A DNA stretch of 25,738 bases from a virus (Duplodnaviria > Caudoviricetes). The notes beneath the pieces were generated by a model that had not been told where the DNA came from, did not search any database, and saw nothing but the letters and a program-made list of their open reading frames with translations. Where the stretch lies: positions 1-25,738 of the IMG/VR virus record IMGVR_UViG_3300037424_001463, one strand, 5' to 3'. Shown piece by piece: positions 7,398 through 14,630 of the stretch; within the stretch, counting starts at the first letter, position 1, and every line of letters begins with the position of its first letter. The position numbers were made by a program, and so were the translations under genes.

Positions 7398-8254
7398 GAC
7401 TCATAGGGCTCATGCCGGTCCGCAACGAGGAGTGGATCCTCCGCGCGTCGATCTCCGCCGCGCTCCAGTGGGTAGACGAGCTGCTCGTCCTCTGCCACGC
7501 GTGCGAGGACCGGAGCGTGGCGATCGCGAGGAGCTTCCCTCGCGTGAGTGTCTGCCCCGTCCATGATCCCGCGTGGGCAGAGATGGCGCACCGCCAGCAG
7601 CTCCTCGCCTACGGCCGTGCGCTCGGAGGGACTCATTTCGCGCTGGTCGACGCGGACGAGATCCTCACCGCGAACGCCCTGGGCGACGTCCGCGGAGAGA
7701 TAGGCGATCTGGAGCCGGGCGAGTGCCTGGACGTGCCCATGATCCCTGTGTGGGGAGGCCTGGGCACACGCCGCGCGGACGACTGCGTGTGGAGTCGCGC
7801 GTGGCTGACGCTAGCTTTCCGAGACGCGCCGGGTCTCTCCTGGCGCCCGCGCGGGGACGGCTACGAGCACCATCACCGCGCGCCCTACGGAGCGCTGCGC
7901 CCGAGCGCGCACCCTGTCGCTCCGACGCTCGAGCGAGGTTTCGGGGGCGTCATGCACTTGCAGTTCGCGGACCGCGCGCGTCTGCGCGCGAAGCACGCGC
8001 TCTACAAGATGCAGGAGGTCGTCCGCTGGCCTGGGCGGGAGTGTGCCTCAGCGGTCGACGCGCGATACAATCAGGCTCTCGACGAGCGAGGGCTAGCGCT
8101 CGCTCCCGTGCCTCCCGAGTGGTGGGAGGGCTACGACGTCGAGGGGATCACCCTGGGAGGGGTACCATGGCAGAGAGCGATGTGCAGAGAGCTGATGCGG
8201 AGGCACGGACCGGAGGCCTTCCGGGGGCTGGAGCTGTGGGGGGAGGCGTGGTGA
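7394..8254 (+). CDS. Glycosyltransferase family 2
   Basis: LIGLMPVRNEEWIL...VDELLVL...EDRSVAIA, ALVDADE (DxD), VMHLQF. GTGA overlap start. Confidence 0.85.
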   Translation: MRLIGLMPVRNEEWILRASISAALQWVDELLVLCHACEDRSVAIARSFPRVSVCPVHDPAWAEMAHRQQLLAYGRALGGTHFALVDADEILTANALGDVRGEIGDLEPGECLDVPMIPVWGGLGTRRADDCVWSRAWLTLAFRDAPGLSWRPRGDGYEHHHRAPYGALRPSAHPVAPTLERGFGGVMHLQFADRARLRAKHALYKMQEVVRWPGRECASAVDARYNQALDERGLALAPVPPEWWEGYDVEGITLGGVPWQRAMCRELMRRHGPEAFRGLELWGEAW

Positions 8255-8511
8255 GGCAGGAGCTAGAGATCTCAGCGACGGAGGAGCGCCTGCTAACGAC
8301 GGCCTACGCGCTCATGACGACGCGTCTCGCCGCGGCGCAGCGAGACGCGGATCGCGCGGAGGCCGCGATCCGCACGGCGCGCGCGGAGTTCGCGGCAGAG
8401 ATGCGCTGGCTCCTGCGCGAGAATGACGTCGATCTCCCCGACGGGGTCCACGTGGCCTACGAGGGCGAGCGCCGACTCGTCTGGGAGGAGCCGGATCATG
8501 ACGCCGTCTGA
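8251..8511 (+). CDS. Hypothetical protein (86 aa, helical)
   Basis: GTGA overlap and GGAGG RBS; is the C-terminal part of ORF-track 7573..8511. Confidence 0.6.
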   Translation: MRQELEISATEERLLTTAYALMTTRLAAAQRDADRAEAAIRTARAEFAAEMRWLLRENDVDLPDGVHVAYEGERRLVWEEPDHDAV

Positions 8512-9037
8512 GGCAGAGAGGGTGTCGCTCGCATCCGCCGCAGCCCCAATGGCGTCGCTGCGCGCGGAGCACGAGCAGGCGCTGCTCGTGCTCCGGGAGA
8601 TGCTCGCGGCGGAGGTCGCGCGTGCGTCCGCGGCGGCCGCCGCTATCGCGGCGCAGCGGAAGCTCTCGGGAGGGCTCGCGGATCGGCTCGCGGTAGCGAC
8701 GACGGCGGATCGGTCTCTCGCGCGATTCGTCGATCCGACGACCCTCCGCCTCGCGTCCTCCACGGCGTCCGCCGCGGCGGACACGAGGCGGGCTCTCGGC
8801 GCGGCGACGAGGGATCTCCACGCGATCCGCGGGCAGCTCGCTGCCATGGTGGCGCGCGGAGTCGCAGAGGAGACACGCGCCCGCGCGCAGCAGCGAGCCG
8901 ACGCCATGGAGGAGCGCTGCGGTGCTCTAGCCGCGGCCCACGCCCGCGCGCAGCGCGAGGTAAGCGCTGCGCGCGTCGCCCTGGAGGCGGCATTCTGCGA
9001 CGTGAGGAGCGGCAGTGCGCCACCGCCGCCCGCCTAA
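8498..9037 (+). CDS. Hypothetical Ala/Arg-rich coiled-coil protein (179 aa)
   Basis: GGAGGAG upstream of ATG 8498; helical composition. Confidence 0.6.
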   Translation: MTPSEAERVSLASAAAPMASLRAEHEQALLVLREMLAAEVARASAAAAAIAAQRKLSGGLADRLAVATTADRSLARFVDPTTLRLASSTASAAADTRRALGAATRDLHAIRGQLAAMVARGVAEETRARAQQRADAMEERCGALAAAHARAQREVSAARVALEAAFCDVRSGSAPPPPA

Positions 9038-9041
9038 GCGC

Positions 9042-9248
9042 GTGACGACAGAGGCTGTGAGGCTCGCGCGCCCTGAGCCGCAGGTCCGCGCGCCCAGGAT
9101 CGTCTGCGCCCGGTGCGGCGGGCGGGCGCTCCGACGCAGCCAGTGGCAGGGCTGGATCTATTACGTCTGCGCGGCGCAGCGCCTGTGCATCGACGAGGAG
9201 ACGCTGAGGCCCTGGGTCACTAAGGTGCGGGCGGCGCCTCTGGGGTAG
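9042..9248 (+). CDS. Small Zn-ribbon protein (68 aa), possible transcription regulator
   Basis: CARC...IYYVCAAQRLC four-Cys pattern; 3' end overlaps the portal 3' end by 29 nt. Start could be GTG 9015 or 9042. Confidence 0.55.
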   Translation: MTTEAVRLARPEPQVRAPRIVCARCGGRALRRSQWQGWIYYVCAAQRLCIDEETLRPWVTKVRAAPLG

Positions 9249-10635
9249 GCGTCGCGCTCCCCTCGTCGCGCGTGAGCGTCGAGGACACGAGAGGCAGACC
9301 CTCTTGCAGCTCGCGATCCGCGCGACGCCGCGCGACGATCTCAGCGTAGTCGTGACCCTGGGCCTCTGCGACCATGCTCGGGGTCCGCACGCCGAGGTCG
9401 CACTCCGCGAGCGCAGCCTGGATCTCCTTGACTGGATCGAGCCATCGCCAGCCGGCACTGGTCCACGAGTGCGCCAGTGCGTCCGCGCGCGGCCGGAGGA
9501 GCCCCGAGCGGATCCACTCGATTAGCTTCCAGGTGTACACGCGCTTGCTGAAGCCCTCGAGCATGCGCTGCCGGACCCGCCAATTGCGCTGGCTGGCGAG
9601 CCTCGCTCCCTTGTGATTCGCCCAGTTCGCGTCCCTGAAGTCGAAGAAGAGTTCGAGCGGAAGTGCGAATTCAATCGCGCAGAACCGCAGGAGCGCCTTG
9701 ATCCAGCCCTCGAACTGGGCCGTGGGCTGCTCGGGTTTGATTTGCGTGATCGCCTCGCCCTCGCGCAACGTCTTGAACATGCCGGGCTCCAGGCGCCACT
9801 CCGGGCGCTTGGCGCCGTCGCTCCCCGTCTGCATGGGCAGTCCGCTGGAGGTACTGGCTTGGGTGATGACGAGGCCAAAGCTCGCGGCCATGCGCGCGGC
9901 CACGGTGACCGCCTCGATCGTGCCGTCGATCTGATCAAAAATCCACGCGCTCCCCGTGAATGCGGGGGTCCCTCGGGTCTGCCCGAGCCGCTGGCGCTTC
10001 GCGAGGAAGATCACGCTCTCCGCGGGGACTATGATGCGGTCGCTCTGGTAGCGCACGGCGGGGTTTCGTACGTCCGGGACGTCTACGATACTGTAGTCCA
10101 CCGGACGCCCGCGGCGATCGAGGCGGATCCCGTCCACCATGTCCGGGCTGACCGCCCGGGGGGACGAGATCTGATCCGACTCAATCGCCTGGAGCAGCCC
10201 GTCTGAGAGGAGGATCACCCCAACGTCCCCGTCGCGGAGCCACGACCGGTAGATCAGCGCGAGCAGCTCGCTCCAGGTCGACAGCCCCCGCACCTCGGGG
10301 GCGGCGCACCAGTCCGCCCAGAGGGCCTTCGCTGCCGCGTTCCAGGCCGGGTCGGCGCTCTCCGGCTTGAGCACTGGCGCGTGGGGTGAGACGTTTTCGA
10401 CGCTTGCCGACAGGAGCGTCTCCGCGAAAGTCGACTCGCGCTCGAGCTGCCGGGCGCGGTCGACCATGCCGACGCGGTCGAGCCGCGCCTCCAAGTGGAA
10501 GTCCGCCCGTCCGCCTCCTGGGCGCACACGGTCGACGCGGGAGTGCGTCGCGGAGCGGTAGGACGAGAGGTGCTCCGACCACCCGGTCAGGTGGCCCCGA
10601 TCCCTGTGGCGCGCGGTGCGAGCTACCTCGATCAC
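9220..10635 (-). CDS. Portal protein, lambda family
   Basis: RARQLER, WLRDGDV, LQAIESDQI, DGIRLDRRGRP, RLGQTRGTP, LEPGMFKTLREGE, WRWLDPVKEIQA. Confidence 0.93.
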   Translation of the reverse strand: MIEVARTARHRDRGHLTGWSEHLSSYRSATHSRVDRVRPGGGRADFHLEARLDRVGMVDRARQLERESTFAETLLSASVENVSPHAPVLKPESADPAWNAAAKALWADWCAAPEVRGLSTWSELLALIYRSWLRDGDVGVILLSDGLLQAIESDQISSPRAVSPDMVDGIRLDRRGRPVDYSIVDVPDVRNPAVRYQSDRIIVPAESVIFLAKRQRLGQTRGTPAFTGSAWIFDQIDGTIEAVTVAARMAASFGLVITQASTSSGLPMQTGSDGAKRPEWRLEPGMFKTLREGEAITQIKPEQPTAQFEGWIKALLRFCAIEFALPLELFFDFRDANWANHKGARLASQRNWRVRQRMLEGFSKRVYTWKLIEWIRSGLLRPRADALAHSWTSAGWRWLDPVKEIQAALAECDLGVRTPSMVAEAQGHDYAEIVARRRADRELQEGLPLVSSTLTRDEGSATPTPEAPPAP

Positions 10636-10862
10636 GTCGCGTTCCCGAACGACACGACTCCGACGCCTCCCGTCGTGTCTGCGCGCCGGCTCTTCTCCGC
10701 GCTCAGCGCGGAGAGCCAGGCCATGAGATCCTGCAGCGGCGCGCGTTGCAGAGATCGACTGCCAATTTTGTATTTCTGCGATCCCTGCCCCGCGGAGATC
10801 GCAGTGAGCGTGGACGCGATCTGCGAGTCGAGCTGCGCCGCGGTCATGCCGGACAGGTCCAT
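10632..10862 (-). CDS. Head-tail joining protein, lambda gpW-like
   Basis: 76 aa with AISAGQGSQKYKIGSRSLQRAPLQDL; directly upstream of and overlapping the portal start. Confidence 0.8.
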   Translation of the reverse strand: MDLSGMTAAQLDSQIASTLTAISAGQGSQKYKIGSRSLQRAPLQDLMAWLSALSAEKSRRADTTGGVGVVSFGNAT

Positions 10863-10964
10863 GGCCCCATGCTACGCTCGGAATCTAACCTCTCGCATGC
10901 AGTGACTGCCGGATCAGGCAGTAGGCCCCTTCTCGCGCGCCAGCGCGGGTCCTACTCTCGGGGC
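10863..10964. promoter_or_regulatory. Divergent promoter region (gpW-portal / head-tail operon) with a central palindrome
   Basis: Minus strand: TAGCAT(10874-10869)-N6-ATG 10862. Plus strand: TACTCT(10953-10958)-N6-ATG 10965. Palindrome ACTGCC-ggatca-GGCAGT at 10905-10922. Confidence 0.7.
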
Positions 10965-11915
10965 ATGCCAAGATCTCCTAAGCAGGACCTCGCTGCGGAG
11001 CACGTCAGCCTCGGGGCCGTGAATGCCAAGGGGCTCCGCCCGTTTATCATGTTGGTGAACACAGGCGCGTCGGTCGACCGCCTCTGGGGCCGCATGGCGG
11101 TCGATCTCGCGGGCGTCGAGTACGCTCCCAAGATCCCCATACTCGTCGATCACGACCCCGCGCAGCGCCTCGGGTACGCGGACCACGCCACAGTGACGGC
11201 CGAGGGGCTCGAGCTGCGGGGGTATCTCCTGTCGACGGGCGACGCGCAGAGAATCGCGCAGGAGTCCGACGACGGCTTCCCTTTCCAGGCGTCGGTCAGC
11301 CTGTCGGTCAGCGAGTGGACCGAGATCGAGGCGGGCGCGACGGGCAAGGCTAACGGCCGGGAGTATCCCGGCCCAGTGTCGATCGCGCGGAAATCCTACC
11401 TACGGGAGTCCAGCTACCTACCGGCGGGGGCGGATCGGCATACGTACGCCATCGCCCTCGCAGAGGAGACCATCATGACCCTAGAAGAGTTCCTGGCCGC
11501 GCACCCCGAGCACGCCGCGCAGATCCGAGACGCGCATAGCGCTGAGCTGAGCGCTGCGCGCGGCGCCGTGCGCGACGAGGCGACGGAGTATCTCGCCGCC
11601 TTCCCTGGCCGCGAGGCGTTCGGCTTCGCGCGCTTCGCCGCGGGCGACACGCTCCTGGAGGCGCGGGCCGCACTCGCCGGCGTCCTGGAGACGGAGCTTG
11701 CCGCAGCCAAGGCCGCGCGCGTGCCCGACGAGGTCTCCGTCGAGGTGCTCGTCGCGCAAGCGAGGCCGGGCGTGGGCTTCGACGGCGCGTCCTGCGCGTC
11801 TCCGACGGCTGAGACCCTCTGGGCCGACGAGGCGATCCGCCGCGAATTCGGCGGCTCGCGGTCCGCATTCTTGCACGCGGTCCGCCGCGGTCTACTCGAG
11901 GAGATCCCCCAATGA
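10965..11915 (+). CDS. Prohead protease with C-terminal scaffold domain
   Basis: VDLAG, IPILVDHD, GFPFQASVS, LRESSYLPAGAD protease motifs; Ala/Glu helical C-terminal half; lies before cement and capsid genes. ATG 10965 rather than 10386. Confidence 0.8.
   Translation: MPRSPKQDLAAEHVSLGAVNAKGLRPFIMLVNTGASVDRLWGRMAVDLAGVEYAPKIPILVDHDPAQRLGYADHATVTAEGLELRGYLLSTGDAQRIAQESDDGFPFQASVSLSVSEWTEIEAGATGKANGREYPGPVSIARKSYLRESSYLPAGADRHTYAIALAEETIMTLEEFLAAHPEHAAQIRDAHSAELSAARGAVRDEATEYLAAFPGREAFGFARFAAGDTLLEARAALAGVLETELAAAKAARVPDEVSVEVLVAQARPGVGFDGASCASPTAETLWADEAIRREFGGSRSAFLHAVRRGLLEEIPQ
11475..11915 (+). CDS. Probable nested in-frame scaffolding protein (146 aa)
   Basis: GAGGAG (11463-11468) then ATG 11475 immediately after the protease domain. 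Confidence 0.55.
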   Translation: MTLEEFLAAHPEHAAQIRDAHSAELSAARGAVRDEATEYLAAFPGREAFGFARFAAGDTLLEARAALAGVLETELAAAKAARVPDEVSVEVLVAQARPGVGFDGASCASPTAETLWADEAIRREFGGSRSAFLHAVRRGLLEEIPQ

Positions 11916-12340
11916 CCACGCTCAGCGAGAACGTGAAGCGCAATTTCGAGTTCGGCGCAGACCCGCTCTACAACGATATCCCCGTGATCGCCGCTGACAT
12001 CATCTACGAGGGCGCAGCCGTCGGGGAGAGCGGCTCTGCCGGGACCGCCCGGCCACTCGTCGCTGCGGATACCTTCCTCGGCTTCGCGGCCGCGAAGGCG
12101 GACAACGCCGCGGGCAGCGCCTCGGCCATCAACGTCCGCGTGCGCGAGCGCGGGCGCGTGCAGCTCGCGGTCACGGGTGTCGTGAGCACCGCAGACGTCG
12201 GCGCGACGGTCTACGCGGACGACGACGACTCCTTCACGCTGACGTCGTCGTCCAACACCGCGATCGGCAAGATCGTGCGCTGGGTCACGAGCACAACCGT
12301 CATTGTGGCCTTCGAGTCCGCTCAGCAGAGGAGCATCTAA
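11912..12340 (+). CDS. Capsid cement/decoration protein (DUF2190-like)
   Basis: IYEGAAVG, FLGFA, DNAAG, DVGATVYADDD, IGKIVRWV; between protease and capsid genes. Confidence 0.75.
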   Translation: MTTLSENVKRNFEFGADPLYNDIPVIAADIIYEGAAVGESGSAGTARPLVAADTFLGFAAAKADNAAGSASAINVRVRERGRVQLAVTGVVSTADVGATVYADDDDSFTLTSSSNTAIGKIVRWVTSTTVIVAFESAQQRSI

Positions 12341-13395
12341 TGGCCGCCCCGATTACCGCACAGCAGATCCTGGAGATCCTCGCCGCGGGTGCGCGAGGAG
12401 AGATCGACGTCCCCGAGGGGCCCTACGAGAGGCTCGCCGCGGCGCGCGGCGGCTACGACAACTCGGCGCTCACGGAGCGAGGGATCCTCGGGATCTTCTT
12501 CGATTCGCTCGAGGCGTCCTTCGACCGCATGTGGGCGAGTCGCGTGGGGCTCCTGATCCCGGCGGACGCGGAGAGTCAGACGCACCGCTGGATCGGTCAG
12601 ACCCCGAAGATGCGCGAGTGGCTCGGAGGCCTGCTCGCGAAGGGCCTCAATGACACGGGGATCACGATCGTCAATCGTGACTTCGAGGCGTCAATGGAGA
12701 TCTCAGCGCACGATCACCGGAGGGATAAGACGGGAGGTATCCAGAGGCGCGTAGGAGAGCTCGCTGCCCAGGCCAACGATCACTGGTGCCAGCTCCTGAT
12801 CGACGTCTGCCTGGAGGGCGCGCCCACGGCCTACGACGGGCTCTCGCTCTTCCACTCCGCTCACACATTCGGAGACATGACTGCGTTCGACAACGACCTG
12901 GAGGTCGGGACGATCCCGGCGCTCCAGGTCGCCACGGCCGCACGACCGACGAGGGAAGAGGCGAGCGACATCCTGATCCAGAGCACCGCTCACTTTTTCA
13001 CGGCGCAGGACGACAAGGGGAGCGTCGCGAATCAGGGCGCACGGCAATTCCTGCTCCTCTGCCCGCCTGCCATGGGCCCAGGCTTCCTGCAGGCGGTGAG
13101 GCATGACCTCGGGGTCACTGGCGGTACGCAGCTCACGTCCGGACTCGGGTGGACATGGGAGGTCGTCATGGAGCCGCGTCTCGCGTCTTCAACCGTGGCG
13201 TATCTCATGCGCACGGACGCGCCGTCGAGCCGACCCTTCATTCTCCAGAGTGAAGTGGAGCCGTACGTGGACGTGATCGCCGAAGGCTCGGAGCACGCCA
13301 AGAAGAACAACTCGCATCTGTACACGGTGAAGGCCACGCGGTACGTGGGCCCCGGCGAATTCCGTCAGGTGCTCAAGCTGACGCTGAGCGCGTAG
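12340..13395 (+). CDS. Major capsid protein, Mu gpT-like
   Basis: WIGQTPKMREWLG, TIVNRDFEASMEI, DKTG, YDGLSLFHSAH, LLCPP, RPFILQ. Confidence 0.88.
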   Translation: MAAPITAQQILEILAAGARGEIDVPEGPYERLAAARGGYDNSALTERGILGIFFDSLEASFDRMWASRVGLLIPADAESQTHRWIGQTPKMREWLGGLLAKGLNDTGITIVNRDFEASMEISAHDHRRDKTGGIQRRVGELAAQANDHWCQLLIDVCLEGAPTAYDGLSLFHSAHTFGDMTAFDNDLEVGTIPALQVATAARPTREEASDILIQSTAHFFTAQDDKGSVANQGARQFLLLCPPAMGPGFLQAVRHDLGVTGGTQLTSGLGWTWEVVMEPRLASSTVAYLMRTDAPSSRPFILQSEVEPYVDVIAEGSEHAKKNNSHLYTVKATRYVGPGEFRQVLKLTLSA

Positions 13396-13397
13396 CC

Positions 13398-13706
13398 TTG
13401 ACGCTCGCCGACGATATAGCCGGCGACCGAGCGCTCTTCGTGGACGCCGACGAATTCGGTGTCACGGTCTCTTACCGAGTCGCGTCTACGGACACGACGA
13501 CGGCGGGCGTCCCCGCGCACTACGAGGACGTAGGGGACTCCCCCCTCGACGACGGAGCGAAATTCTGGATCCCCGACACCGACGTCTCGTCGCCTGTGAA
13601 GGGCGACGAGATAACGCACGACGGGAAGGTCTACACGGTTGAGTTCGCGGCGTACGAACAGGGTATCTGGCTCCTGACGTGCGCGGAGGAGGAGCTAATC
13701 ACATGA
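13398..13706 (+). CDS. Head-tail attachment protein (lambda FII-like)
   Basis: LFVDADEFGVTVSY, KGDEITHDGKVYTV; directly after the capsid gene. Confidence 0.7.
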   Translation: MTLADDIAGDRALFVDADEFGVTVSYRVASTDTTTAGVPAHYEDVGDSPLDDGAKFWIPDTDVSSPVKGDEITHDGKVYTVEFAAYEQGIWLLTCAEEELIT

Positions 13707-13969
13707 GCGACACCCTCGTCTCGCCTCGCGCACCAAGCTGGGCCGTCGCCGTGGGAATTGCGGCGGTCTCGCTGACGCTCGGCGGGAGCGCCGGATCGTT
13801 GGCGACTCGACAGGGAGATCCTTTCGATATCCGGGGGGACCTCAGGGAGACGCGCGCGGAGATCCTGGGGGAGATCCGGAGGCTCGGCGACAAGATCGAC
13901 GACGCGCGGGCGCGCCTCGAGCAGCTCGAGGCTCGCGTGAGAAAAATCGAGACTGGAGAACAGCGGTGA
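13703..13969 (+). CDS. Membrane protein with one TM and a C-terminal coiled coil (holin/XhlA-like position)
   Basis: WAVAVGIAAVSLTLGG followed by heptads IRRLGDKIDDARARLEQLEARVRKIE. ATGA overlap. Confidence 0.55.
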   Translation: MSDTLVSPRAPSWAVAVGIAAVSLTLGGSAGSLATRQGDPFDIRGDLRETRAEILGEIRRLGDKIDDARARLEQLEARVRKIETGEQR

Positions 13970-14157
13970 TCGACGTAACGACCCTCGGCTCGGGCAAGCG
14001 CAGCTACGTCACGGCGGGGCTCCTGGTGATCCTCGGGATAGGGACGGCTCTCGGGTATGTCGAGATCCCGGACGACGTCCGGGAAGGCCTGGTGACGCTC
14101 CTGGCGGGCGCGGGGCTCGCATTCCTTCGCTCCGGCGTGACCAAAGAGGCGCGGTGA
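13966..14157 (+). CDS. Putative holin (63 aa, 2 TM)
   Basis: GKRSYVTAGLLVILGIGTALG and LVTLLAGAGLAFLRSGV hydrophobic segments; basic C-terminus. Confidence 0.65.
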   Translation: MIDVTTLGSGKRSYVTAGLLVILGIGTALGYVEIPDDVREGLVTLLAGAGLAFLRSGVTKEAR

Positions 14158-14161
14158 GCCC

Positions 14162-14482
14162 GTGCCCGCGGAGCTTTGGATCGTCGCGACGACGCTCGCC
14201 GCTGTCGTGGGCCTCCTGGCCGCCGGCTTCGCGGCCGGTCGAGCGACGCTCGCCGACGACCTACGGCGGAGCGAGGAGCGGATCGATCTGCTTCTTGCGC
14301 AGCTCGCAGAGGCTCTCGCCCAGGGCGCAGATGGCGCCCGCGCTGCGAGCCTCGTCATTGCTGCGGAGCGGCGTATGGCTGCTCTGCGTCGTGCTCCTGC
14401 TGCTGAGCGCCATCGGCTGCTGCTCGGGGGCGACAGGGACCCTGCCGATCCTCCCGGCGGGGGAGCCGGACGAGACTCGTGA
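14162..14482 (+). CDS. Putative inner-membrane spanin (Rz-like)
   Basis: N-terminal TM LWIVATTLAAVVGLLAAGFAAG then a helical domain; overlapped by a lipoprotein ORF. Confidence 0.65.
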   Translation: MPAELWIVATTLAAVVGLLAAGFAAGRATLADDLRRSEERIDLLLAQLAEALAQGADGARAASLVIAAERRMAALRRAPAAERHRLLLGGDRDPADPPGGGAGRDS

Positions 14483-14630
14483 GGCGCGGGTGCGGGGGTC
14501 GGCCAGCGAGTGGACCTACGAGGGAGGACTCGTGAGCCTCCCCGTCGGGTGCATGGACGATCTCCTCGAGTCACGTGAGTCCTGGCGGGTCTACGCGCAG
14601 GCGCTGCGCGTCGCAGGGAGGTGGCGGTGA
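14331..14630 (+). CDS. Putative outer-membrane lipoprotein spanin (Rz1-like)
   Basis: +1 frame overlapping the i-spanin; signal VWLLCVVLLLLSAIG|C lipobox (Cys at 14418) followed by a Pro-containing segment. Confidence 0.65.
   Translation: MAPALRASSLLRSGVWLLCVVLLLLSAIGCCSGATGTLPILPAGEPDETREARVRGSASEWTYEGGLVSLPVGCMDDLLESRESWRVYAQALRVAGRWR

Noticed and set aside
4755-8254. Interpretation as a host EPS/O-antigen locus interrupting a prophage
   Set aside because: No wzx/wzy/ABC exporter or nucleotide-sugar genes; composition, gene coupling and promoter signature match the flanking phage genes; no IS ends seen.
10762-10780. CCAATTTTGTATTTC resembles CCAATTTTATTTTC at 4371
   Set aside because: Lies within gpW coding sequence (KYKIG); a short AT-rich match that is probably coincidental.
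10386-10964. N-terminal ~190 aa of the 509-aa ORF-track protease
   Set aside because: Overlaps portal and gpW on the opposite strand; the promoter signature places the start at 10965.
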